From the NCBI GenBank assembly GCA_030614005.1, contig JAUWKS010000030.1, positions 6,563 through 38,562 on the forward strand: a stretch of DNA of 32,000 nt, written 5' to 3'. Under the pieces are notes generated by a model. The model had not been told where the DNA came from. It worked only from the letters and a program-made list of their open reading frames with translations, and searched no databases. The translations under genes and the position numbers were made by a program. Positions 7,465 to 16,064 of this stretch are shown one piece after another. Position 1 is the stretch's first letter. Every line of letters starts with the position of its first letter. The DNA is from Candidatus Heimdallarchaeota archaeon. GTDB taxonomy: Archaea; Asgardarchaeota; Heimdallarchaeia; JABLTI01.

Positions 7465-8808
7465 TTATTCCAGTTGCGGACTAGCTCCCGCATGTATATC
7501 AGCATCTGTTTTGTTCTCTTCTTGTGTATCTTCCTTGATTGTGTGGATAACTTTACCCGCATTAGCTCTTTCGCCTATTTTTTTAGCTGCTCTTCTTTGT
7601 ATTGCTTGAACAATTAATCCCATCACCATAAAGAAAATAGCTAATGGAATTAAAACTAGCATTATCATTTCAGGTTGCCCTGCTTCGACGCTGTTTATTA
7701 TTGAATCTGGAAGATTAAGAACTCTCAGTACTGGTACGGGATTTAATGCTAAATAAGACATAAAAAGCAAAGTAACCATTCTGAACAGTGTTCCAGATAG
7801 TACTATCAAGAATAATCTCATTAATGAAGGTGTATAAGCAGATGCCGAGAGAGAGACCGAGATGAATGGATCATTTTCCTCTAATCTCAAATAATAATTC
7901 TTCAGTCGATTGTTCATTTTATCCCAATCTTCTAATGGTGAAATCCTAAAGAGTTTCTGACCAACTAAAGCTCTTATTTGTGAGAATGCAGTAGTTACTT
8001 TCAATAATGATGTTGATGTTTTCTTTCCTTTAACCATTATTGATTCTTCTTCTTCTATTTGCTTCTTCTCTCCAATTGGCATCTTAAAATCCTTAAGTCG
8101 TTTAATGTTGCTTGATATTCTACGATGTCTTTGAACATTTGGTCCAATAACGTTATAGATATAGCTAGCCTGGAAGCTTAACTCAAGTGAGAAATAAATA
8201 AGAAATGCAGTAATAACCATTTTTGAGAAAATCATTTGGAAAAAGTTTCCACTTGAAAAGTCAAGATTTAGTAATAATTTTCCATTCATAGCTGCAATGC
8301 CTAATACTATATTCATCGAGAAAAAGGATATTGCTGATAGTGCTGGATTGCATTCCTTCAAAAATCCCACTCCAGACACAAATGCAATAATGATTGCTAT
8401 CATAATAGTAAATGCAAATGCTGCATCTATGAGGCTTTGTTGTTGCGGAAGCTGTAATGGTTGAGTAACCAATTCTTCGATTGGAATACCTAATACAGTT
8501 TCATTTCCGCCGAAAATTGCAACATGAATTGCACTCATAATTGCTACTGCCCCTGTATCACCATACCCTAGAATTAGGGCAATTCCATACCCTACAAGCA
8601 GGAACAATAGTTCGAATAGAAAGATAAACATCTTCAACCCATACCAAAATGATTGGAATCGCCAAATGGTAGGATCAACTGAAGTCATTACCAAAACAAA
8701 AGCAGCCACTGACACTAGCCCTGCAAATATTCTTGCTGAACCTAACAATGTTCTCATTTTTCGTACTCGTTCATTTTCTACTCGTAAGCTTATAGATTGT
8801 TCAGACAA
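7465..8808 (-). CDS. Uncharacterised multi-pass membrane protein (~7-8 TM, long basic loop)
   Basis: Multiple hydrophobic segments. AGGAGGGG SD lies inside the DUF58 3' end, and TTG 8808 overlaps the DUF58 stop (ORF track start 8835). Confidence 0.8.
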   Translation of the reverse strand: MSEQSISLRVENERVRKMRTLLGSARIFAGLVSVAAFVLVMTSVDPTIWRFQSFWYGLKMFIFLFELLFLLVGYGIALILGYGDTGAVAIMSAIHVAIFGGNETVLGIPIEELVTQPLQLPQQQSLIDAAFAFTIMIAIIIAFVSGVGFLKECNPALSAISFFSMNIVLGIAAMNGKLLLNLDFSSGNFFQMIFSKMVITAFLIYFSLELSFQASYIYNVIGPNVQRHRRISSNIKRLKDFKMPIGEKKQIEEEESIMVKGKKTSTSLLKVTTAFSQIRALVGQKLFRISPLEDWDKMNNRLKNYYLRLEENDPFISVSLSASAYTPSLMRLFLIVLSGTLFRMVTLLFMSYLALNPVPVLRVLNLPDSIINSVEAGQPEMIMLVLIPLAIFFMVMGLIVQAIQRRAAKKIGERANAGKVIHTIKEDTQEENKTDADIHAGASPQLE

Positions 8809-10204
8809 GTCCAATGCCCCTCCTTTTTGCGTCAATATATTCGTTGATAACTGTAACTAAGAAATCATCTGGGCCCACAGAGATCACCCCAGCACGATAT
8901 CTTTGTATATCTTTCCCAAGCCTTCTACGTATTTCATAATACTCTTCAGCGATAGCTTCTCCTAATGCTCTTTCAGTAGGTCCGAGTCGAGTATTTTGTA
9001 TTTCGAAGAATGGACCAAAAGGTGAAATAACTATTACATCGAAACCCACTGCAGATGCTTTTCGAATTCCACTAAGAATATCTTTTACGCTACCTTCAAG
9101 GTCAGAAATAATAATTAGCAATCCTCTACTTCTTGTTCTCATAATCAAATTTTGTACAGCATTTGTGAGATTTGAAGGACCTCTTGGTGTGACATATGCA
9201 AGGTCTTCTAAAATTCTATTTAAATGTGATGAACCTTGTTTAGGAGCTATAAACGTATTTACTTTACTATCATAGGTTGCAATTCCTATCAAATCTTTTC
9301 TTTCAGAAGCCATATGTGCTAATAATACTACGGCTCGAATGCTAAACTCTAGTTTCGTGTTTCGAATTAAGCCTTGTTCCATACTTTGTGATGTATCTAG
9401 TAAAACCATTACTCGAACATTTTTTTCTGTTTCAAATTCCCTAATTTGTAATTTATTTGTTCTACTGAAAGCTTTCCAATCAATATGTCTGAAAGCATCT
9501 TCTGGATAATAATCTCGAATGCCCCAGAAATCCATTCCTGTTCCTTTTAATTTTGTTTTATGGATACCAAAGATTTTCCCTAATTGCCTCTTTGCACCTA
9601 ATGTTTTCAATTTAGCAATATCTTCATATGATGGATAGACTAAGACTTCATCATAATCTTGTTTGACTACCGCTTCTTCATAAAAACCAAGGCGGTCATG
9701 TATAATCACTTTTGTTGGACCTATTTTATATAGTCCTCGAACTGGAGTTCTCACAATATATGAAAAGTCTACTTTTGCGCCGGCATTCAATCTAGTATAA
9801 AGGTAATTTTCTCCAAGAACCAAATCCATTGCCTCGGGGTATGCGTCATATATTTCTAAATGATCTATGGCATTTGGTGCACCATTTTTTACCGTTATTT
9901 TTACGTGAATGTAGTCTCCTGCAAAGCATTTTCGTTTTTCGAGTACTCTATGTACTTGTATTCCTTCGGTGTTTGCTTGGATTCTGAAAATCGGATATCC
10001 AAATGTTGTGCCGATAACCATTAAAATTCCAATTAATAGAAAATAGGTGACAATGACATCTGGAATAGGATAGATTACTTGTTGTAATGTGAAATAGGCT
10101 ATGATATCAAATATAGGACTTATGCCTTCAAAGGCTAGTCCTACTGAAATCATAAACATACCTCCGAAAAGGATAAACGATCCTCGTTTGGAAATCATTT
10201 TCAA
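8801..10204 (-). CDS. DUF58 (vWA-like) MoxR-associated protein with N-terminal TM helices
   Basis: GMDFWGIRDYYPEDAFRHIDWKAFSR, LQIREFETE, VMVLLDTSQSM, LLIIISDL. Confidence 0.93.
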   Translation of the reverse strand: MKMISKRGSFILFGGMFMISVGLAFEGISPIFDIIAYFTLQQVIYPIPDVIVTYFLLIGILMVIGTTFGYPIFRIQANTEGIQVHRVLEKRKCFAGDYIHVKITVKNGAPNAIDHLEIYDAYPEAMDLVLGENYLYTRLNAGAKVDFSYIVRTPVRGLYKIGPTKVIIHDRLGFYEEAVVKQDYDEVLVYPSYEDIAKLKTLGAKRQLGKIFGIHKTKLKGTGMDFWGIRDYYPEDAFRHIDWKAFSRTNKLQIREFETEKNVRVMVLLDTSQSMEQGLIRNTKLEFSIRAVVLLAHMASERKDLIGIATYDSKVNTFIAPKQGSSHLNRILEDLAYVTPRGPSNLTNAVQNLIMRTRSRGLLIIISDLEGSVKDILSGIRKASAVGFDVIVISPFGPFFEIQNTRLGPTERALGEAIAEEYYEIRRRLGKDIQRYRAGVISVGPDDFLVTVINEYIDAKRRGIGLV

Positions 10205-10255
10205 CAGTCCTAAGTATCTATTCTTGAAGCTACTCTTTGTTTTTCGTAGATTGAA

Positions 10256-11290
10256 TTATCTCGTTTCTCTTATTGGAATATCTCTGATAATGTCTTTCAC
10301 AATTGTTTGTGAAGTTATGCCTTCCAAATCTGCTTCAGGTTTTAAGATAAGTCGATGGTAAACAGACCCTACTACTATTCTTTTGATGTCATCTGGTACA
10401 ACGAAATCACGACCGCATATTGCAGCATAAGCTTTCGAAGCGCTCAGCATAGCGATACTTGCTCGAGGACTTCCTCCAAGAATCAATCTCGGATCTGTTC
10501 GTGTTCTCATTGTAACATCACGAATATATTCGATTATTCCTTGATCTACAAAAACACCATCTCTGACTGTCTTCTGTAATCTAACTATTGTTTCAGCAGT
10601 AGTTATCTCTTGTATTTGGCTCTCAACAGGTCGATGTTTTAATTGAATGATTTTTTCTTCTTCAGCTGCATTTGGTAATCCAACTACTGATTTCATCAAA
10701 AATCTATCAAGTTGAGCCTCCGGTAAAGGATACGTTCCTTCTTGTTCGATAGGATTCTGTGTAGCAATAACAATGAAAGGCGAGGAAAGAACATAGGTGT
10801 TTCCTTCTATCGATACTTGTCTTTCAGCCATTGCTTCAAGAAGAGCGCTCTGTGTTTTTGGTGGAGCTCTGTTTATTTCATCAGCTAAGAGGATATTTGT
10901 GAAAATTGGTCCTCTTCTTAATTTAAAAGTACCAGACCTTTGGTCAAAGATATTTGTTCCTAAAACATCAGAAGGAAGTAAATCAGGGGTAAATTGTACT
11001 CTCTTGTACTTGCACCCTAATGTTTTTGCAAACAGTTTTGCTAAAGTAGTTTTAGCAATTCCAGGTACTCCTTCAAGCAAAATGTGTCCATCACATAATA
11101 AACTGATCATTAAGTTTTGAACAACATTTTTCATGCCAATAATGTGTTTCGAAAGTTCGTCTTGAATACTCTTAGATATTCTTTCTACATCGGATATATC
11201 CACTAACCCTCCTGCGGGTCCAGAAACAATTTTTTCTGTAGGGGGAGGGGGTGGTGGTGCAAACTCAGACATTTTTTTTACATACCCCAT
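10256..11290 (-). CDS. moxR: MoxR-family AAA+ ATPase (MoxR proper)
   Basis: Walker A GVPGIAKT, RVQFTPDLLPSD, Walker B LLADEINRAPPKTQSALLEAM, ATQNPIEQEGTYPLPEAQLDRF, GSPRA, DFVVPDDIK. Likely start is ATG 11272. Confidence 0.97.
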   Translation of the reverse strand: MGYVKKMSEFAPPPPPPTEKIVSGPAGGLVDISDVERISKSIQDELSKHIIGMKNVVQNLMISLLCDGHILLEGVPGIAKTTLAKLFAKTLGCKYKRVQFTPDLLPSDVLGTNIFDQRSGTFKLRRGPIFTNILLADEINRAPPKTQSALLEAMAERQVSIEGNTYVLSSPFIVIATQNPIEQEGTYPLPEAQLDRFLMKSVVGLPNAAEEEKIIQLKHRPVESQIQEITTAETIVRLQKTVRDGVFVDQGIIEYIRDVTMRTRTDPRLILGGSPRASIAMLSASKAYAAICGRDFVVPDDIKRIVVGSVYHRLILKPEADLEGITSQTIVKDIIRDIPIRETR

Positions 11291-11307
11291 TGTTTTTTTT
11301 TATTTTT

Positions 11308-12807
11308 TTAATATCGTGATCTAGGTTTAGTTATTATTTCTTCAATATTCTTCATCTCTAATACTAGAGCAAGGAAATCTTCCTCTGTAATCTTCTTTTT
11401 CTTTTCAGTAAATAGTTCTATACTTTTGAGGCTCTTCAAAAGAAGATTATAATTGAATTTCCCAGGATATTGTTCTTCAAGCAAATCCACAATCTGAGTG
11501 AAATTAATATCCAATCCGGAATTAAATTTCTTATCAAGTCTTCTTTTCAAACGTTTATACAGAACATTCAACGCTTTATCATATTGCTCATAATTAACAT
11601 ACCAGGACATTTTTGCTGCAAAGAATGATCGAGATCTTTTTTGTTTAATTTTTGTCATTAATAATGGAGACGCACCTCGACTTTTTGGATAGTTACGTCT
11701 AAGAAAAATTAAAGCTATAATTGGGAAAAATGGTGCTAATAATGGAAACATTGTAAATGAATTGATATAGCGTAAATACATGCTCACATAGCTAAAGGGA
11801 TCCAAAACACTCAAAGCTGCTCGGCCTTTGGAAGGTGAAAGATGCCCTTCATCATAAAAAATAGTTCTTGAACCATTAATATCCAACCAATTAAATAGAT
11901 TACTTGCATATTGAGCATTGTCATATTGTGACATACTCATTAGCTCGTTGATGAAAATACTGGGATCGGCACAAATCAAGATGTTACCCAATCCTACTGC
12001 ACCCAAAGGCAAAGGAACCATAAGAGAGAATGATACTCCTCTCCACTCGTCTTCATCTGGTTGGAACTCACCATTTCTCGCTTTTTCAATATCCTTTTCT
12101 AACCAACTTACTGGAGTGCTATAAGCAATTCCAGAAGGAATTGGTTGCCCGGCAATTGAAAAGGAAGGAATCCATCGAGTCGTACCCCTCTCTGCATCAT
12201 AAGCTAAAAAGCTTACTGCTGATGGATAACTTGTAACTACTTGAGTAACACCAGCGATAGAAGGCAATCCAGGCGCACTAATGAAATTCTTAATTACGGG
12301 CATAGCAGGTGTTTGATGATATGACTCATAGTCCATTAGCAATGATTTGTTTATTTTCACTCCTTGAAGTGGAACACCGCCAATACCTAGTCCTGAAAGG
12401 TCAATATTCTCGAGAAACGGTGCAATTATTACATTAATAAGGCCAAGAATGTCATTCGCACTTCCAAAATCATCTGCTATTAATACACTTCCACCTCTCA
12501 TTATGAAATAAGCTAAAGCTGCTGTTTCTGTTGGGTCGAAAAATATTGTTGGACCCACAAGAGCTAATACACCCAAATTATCTATTCGTGTCAGTGTATT
12601 CAATGTCGAAACAATAGGTTGGAATTCATATCCTTCGCTTTCTAAATTTTCTTTCAGAATACTTGTACCATCCCAGTTAGTATTATAAATCGAAAACTGG
12701 CGAGTTTCTTCTATTCCTAATCTCGTAACTGATAAAACGATTGGCAAACAAAATATGATAAACAATATTGATAACATGAATGCATTTCTATCAAATTTTC
12801 TAGCCAT
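11308..12807 (-). CDS. DUF4350 (GATase/GIFT-like) membrane-anchored protein
   Basis: N-terminal TM, FSIYNTNWDGTS, RGGSVLIADDFGSAN, ADPSIFINELM, DNAQYASNL, IFYDEGH, C-terminal TM; typical position in MoxR operons. Confidence 0.85.
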   Translation of the reverse strand: MARKFDRNAFMLSILFIIFCLPIVLSVTRLGIEETRQFSIYNTNWDGTSILKENLESEGYEFQPIVSTLNTLTRIDNLGVLALVGPTIFFDPTETAALAYFIMRGGSVLIADDFGSANDILGLINVIIAPFLENIDLSGLGIGGVPLQGVKINKSLLMDYESYHQTPAMPVIKNFISAPGLPSIAGVTQVVTSYPSAVSFLAYDAERGTTRWIPSFSIAGQPIPSGIAYSTPVSWLEKDIEKARNGEFQPDEDEWRGVSFSLMVPLPLGAVGLGNILICADPSIFINELMSMSQYDNAQYASNLFNWLDINGSRTIFYDEGHLSPSKGRAALSVLDPFSYVSMYLRYINSFTMFPLLAPFFPIIALIFLRRNYPKSRGASPLLMTKIKQKRSRSFFAAKMSWYVNYEQYDKALNVLYKRLKRRLDKKFNSGLDINFTQIVDLLEEQYPGKFNYNLLLKSLKSIELFTEKKKKITEEDFLALVLEMKNIEEIITKPRSRY

Positions 12808-12845
12808 AGTCTTTTACCTCAGTATACTTTTTCTTGGTTATTGAT

Positions 12846-15326
12846 TTATCTTTGTTCTTGTGGTGCTGGGCCTTTCTCTATTGCAAGCTGAATGTTATGT
12901 AAAGCTTGTCTTGCTTGTGTGTAAGAGTTCTTTGTAATCTTATGATCACTAAATCGAGCTTCTTCAAATCGCATAACAAGCATAGTAACGTCTCTCACAG
13001 GGACTCTGTTAGTTGAAGCAATTATACGTGCAAGCTCTCTGGGAGAAAGTGAAGGTGCATTTATTATACCGAAATTCGACATACAAATTGACTCAAATGC
13101 ACGATAACAAAGAGTTGAAGCTCGTTTGAAATCTTTCGCATTTTCAGATTCATCAATTAGCTTCAATATTGTATTTAGGTCGTATTGATCGACCCCTACA
13201 GCCATTCCAGGTCGTTTCTTTGACTTTCTGAATCGACCGAATGCATAAACAGATGATACTATTATTATTCCAGATACCATAGCTATTAATATTCCAATCA
13301 ATATAGGTCCCAAATTAGTGCCTCCAGGCAGTGATGACGTACTCACACTTGTATCAGTATTAGTAGGTGTAGGATGTACTTGAAAGTTAACTCTAAAACT
13401 AAAGTCGATATTTTCCTTAAAGGTTATCGTTACAGTATAATCAGTATTTGTTAATAAAGTTTCATCCCCAAAGAATAAATAACTAAAATCACCTATGCTT
13501 GATAGAGTTATAGTAGTGATTCCAAGGGATTCAAATGTTATGTTGACAGTTCTATCCGTAATCGGTCTATCAAATTGATCCGTTAAAGTTGCTTGGAGAG
13601 TAAAAGTGGAATTATTATATAGCGGATTGCCACCAATCGAACTATAACCTGCATCTTCAATAACATTTGAAGAATTAATTGTAGCAGCAAAATTGACTGT
13701 TGTGAAAATATCAAGAGTGTAACTTGTATTAGAAGAATCAAAGTAAGTGGTTGCCAATGCTTCTATATTTATTGCCCACTGGCTAACTATAGCTGTAAAT
13801 GAAAGTGGAACTGCCATTAAAATAGTAAATGTACCAGTTGCAGAAGTATTACTATTATATACTGGTCCAGTGACGTCCCATTGAGCTGTTATAGACATCC
13901 CCTCAATTACTCTATTATCATAATTATCTCGCATTGTACCAGTTACTTCAATAGACTCACCAGGCATGACCATAAAAGCTTCTGTAAAAACATCAGTATT
14001 ATTTACTTCTGAATTTAGTACTGTTGAATTTCCAACAACGGTAAGAATTTTGTATTCAGTTACCGCACTTATTCCCTGCCCTGTAGCAACATCCACCCAA
14101 ATAGTATTGTCACCTACTGGAAGATAAGTTCCAGAAACGACGAAAGTCGAATTAAATAGACCAGTACCCCCAGCAGCTATTGTAGTGGCTTGTAATGTTG
14201 TTGCTGTTTGTGTGGTACCTTGATCCACATAAATCTCAAGATCAACATCTGAGACATAGGGATTTCCAAACGAATCTTCTATTAAGCCAGATATTGTAAC
14301 ACTTGTTTCATTGCGGAGAATTACTGGATCCGCTCCAGGACCAGATGTTGCCGGATCGTCGATTGAAAAAGTAATTCCAGCACCAGAAAAGACAGTTATA
14401 TTCACAGTTTCATTTGCCCAATCTGCAGCAGGAGTACCAATTAAAGCCTCATTTCTAATATCACCTACAACGTAGGAAAGTCCTAGAAGACTAACATTAA
14501 ATGACCCTTCTAAAGCATGTTGAGTTAATGGGGTCGCAAGGGGAACGTTAAATGTTGTATTTGTTATTAAACTTACAATTGTATCAGTATATGTAGATCC
14601 TAACCATTCAAAACTAATATCTTCTCCATTAGACTCAGGAACAACAGGCAAAGGATCGCTGTCATAGTATAGCAACCCAGCAATTGCAAAGAAATCCTCT
14701 TGCTCACGTACAAGTGTTGTATTTGTAGACATACCCATGTAGATACTTGCATAACAGTCCACACTTTCTGAGATAGCTTGTCGATTATCTTCGATAGGAC
14801 CTAAGAATGGGTCACCAGGAAAGACAGTATAAACAGTTACTACACCAAAATCTTTTGAGTAATCTATATCACGACAAGTAACTGAAAAATCACCATTGCT
14901 ATCTGTTCGATCTTCACCGATTAGATAGTCATTCTTTAAACCTTCTTGATCTGCTTCATAAGCAGCCCAAGAAAAAGTTGACCAGAAAATCTCAATTGGT
15001 TCATCTGACCACCCTACACCAGTTCCTGGGTCTTCTAAACGACCAGTTACTATAAATGAATTTCCTCTAATAATAACTGTAGGAATTATAGTTTTTGGTG
15101 AAAAATAATTATCTTGGGGTAAGCTTTTTTCTTCAAGTCGAGGATTTATTATCTCTGCATTGAGTGACGTTTCAATCAAGGATGGTTTGTTTATGACAAC
15201 CTGTGAATCGTCTTTAGAATTACCTATATAATTAGCAACTGAATAAGATACGCTCACAATTACAATAAAGATAATTGTAACTACTTTCAAGCTAGCTTTA
15301 TTCCGACTCAAGTTGAACATCACCAA
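12846..15326 (-). CDS. Large surface protein: N-terminal anchor, T/S/V-rich Ig-like beta region, TM helix, C-terminal DUF4129
   Basis: TM LGPILIGILIAMVSGIIIVSSVYAF; DUF4129-like CYRAFE...SLSPRELA...FEEARFSDH; many N-x-S/T sequons. Confidence 0.85.
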   Translation of the reverse strand: MVMFNLSRNKASLKVVTIIFIVIVSVSYSVANYIGNSKDDSQVVINKPSLIETSLNAEIINPRLEEKSLPQDNYFSPKTIIPTVIIRGNSFIVTGRLEDPGTGVGWSDEPIEIFWSTFSWAAYEADQEGLKNDYLIGEDRTDSNGDFSVTCRDIDYSKDFGVVTVYTVFPGDPFLGPIEDNRQAISESVDCYASIYMGMSTNTTLVREQEDFFAIAGLLYYDSDPLPVVPESNGEDISFEWLGSTYTDTIVSLITNTTFNVPLATPLTQHALEGSFNVSLLGLSYVVGDIRNEALIGTPAADWANETVNITVFSGAGITFSIDDPATSGPGADPVILRNETSVTISGLIEDSFGNPYVSDVDLEIYVDQGTTQTATTLQATTIAAGGTGLFNSTFVVSGTYLPVGDNTIWVDVATGQGISAVTEYKILTVVGNSTVLNSEVNNTDVFTEAFMVMPGESIEVTGTMRDNYDNRVIEGMSITAQWDVTGPVYNSNTSATGTFTILMAVPLSFTAIVSQWAINIEALATTYFDSSNTSYTLDIFTTVNFAATINSSNVIEDAGYSSIGGNPLYNNSTFTLQATLTDQFDRPITDRTVNITFESLGITTITLSSIGDFSYLFFGDETLLTNTDYTVTITFKENIDFSFRVNFQVHPTPTNTDTSVSTSSLPGGTNLGPILIGILIAMVSGIIIVSSVYAFGRFRKSKKRPGMAVGVDQYDLNTILKLIDESENAKDFKRASTLCYRAFESICMSNFGIINAPSLSPRELARIIASTNRVPVRDVTMLVMRFEEARFSDHKITKNSYTQARQALHNIQLAIEKGPAPQEQR

Positions 15327-15864
15327 ATAGTTATAGTTAATTTATACACCAGACTATTTTAATTATATCTGAATGAACAATCATACTATTTATTAGTTGT
15401 CAATTACGCATTGATTGTTAATTGCAAAGTTAGTATAAATAGATAGACCAGATAGGTGATCGAGATAAACATCGTAGAAATTTCCGAAGCTTAAACTCGA
15501 CCATCCAATTACACAATAAACATACGGTTTGGCATTCTAGGACTCATCTATTATTGTCTATTGTGTTCCGGTATTTTCAACGTTCTATTACTTTAAGCAC
15601 TATTCTCTTCTCTCGGGCAATCAAGAAGATTTCTCGTTTACTTTGGTGGCTCTATAAACACTCTACCCGCTACATTGAGTATTTATCCATAGTAAATTTG
15701 GAGTGTGCTCTTTGCTAGAACGAGAAGCATGAATTGATAAATTACCATGTTCTCTTCTTAAGAATAACGTTGACAACTCTTCTATTAAAAACTTTACTAG
15801 CGCGCATATCTTTGCGTCTTTTGCAAAGGGATTGTAAGTAAGAAAAAAGGGTATATACACCAAA

Positions 15865-15920
15865 TTGTAATAGAATTACAAACATTTATATACTATTTTC
15901 TGTAATAGTAATACAGAAAA
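15865..15920 (+). promoter_or_regulatory. Two palindromic operator boxes flanking a TATA box
   Basis: TGTAATAGAATTACA (15866-15880) and TGTAATAGTAATACA (15901-15915), both TGTA-N7-TACA; TTTATATA at 15885-15892. Confidence 0.7.
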
Positions 15921-15951
15921 GTGTAAAACTTTTCCTCTGAAGTGAATTAAA

Positions 15952-16041
15952 ATGATTGACAAAAAGAAGAGAATTAAAGAACAAGTCCGAAAAGACATCA
16001 ATAAAATACGAATGAAAATGGCTCTTACAACAGGAGCCTAA
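15952..16041 (+). CDS. Candidate 29-aa basic small protein / leader ORF
   Basis: MIDKKKRIKEQVRKDINKIRMKMALTTGA; SD-like GAAGTGA upstream; first ATG after the TATA box. Confidence 0.5.
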   Translation: MIDKKKRIKEQVRKDINKIRMKMALTTGA

Positions 16042-16064
16042 TATTAATTTTTAAGGTGAAAATA

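Noticed and set aside
7374-7562. 62-63 extra N-terminal codons for the actin-like ORF
   Set aside because: They overlap the upstream gene and a promoter-like element; a good SD supports TTG 7373
7465-8808. GPCR-like 7TM topology (long loop before the last two helices)
   Set aside because: The positive-inside rule puts both termini and the loop inside, implying an even TM number; no GPCR or rhodopsin motifs seen
11240-11259. G-rich run (possible G-quadruplex)
   Set aside because: Fully explained by the Pro codons of MoxR on the opposite strand; two-tier at best
15663-15863. 66-aa minus-strand ORF in the large spacer
   Set aside because: No SD, no recognisable motif, and its start abuts the operator/promoter of the + strand operon
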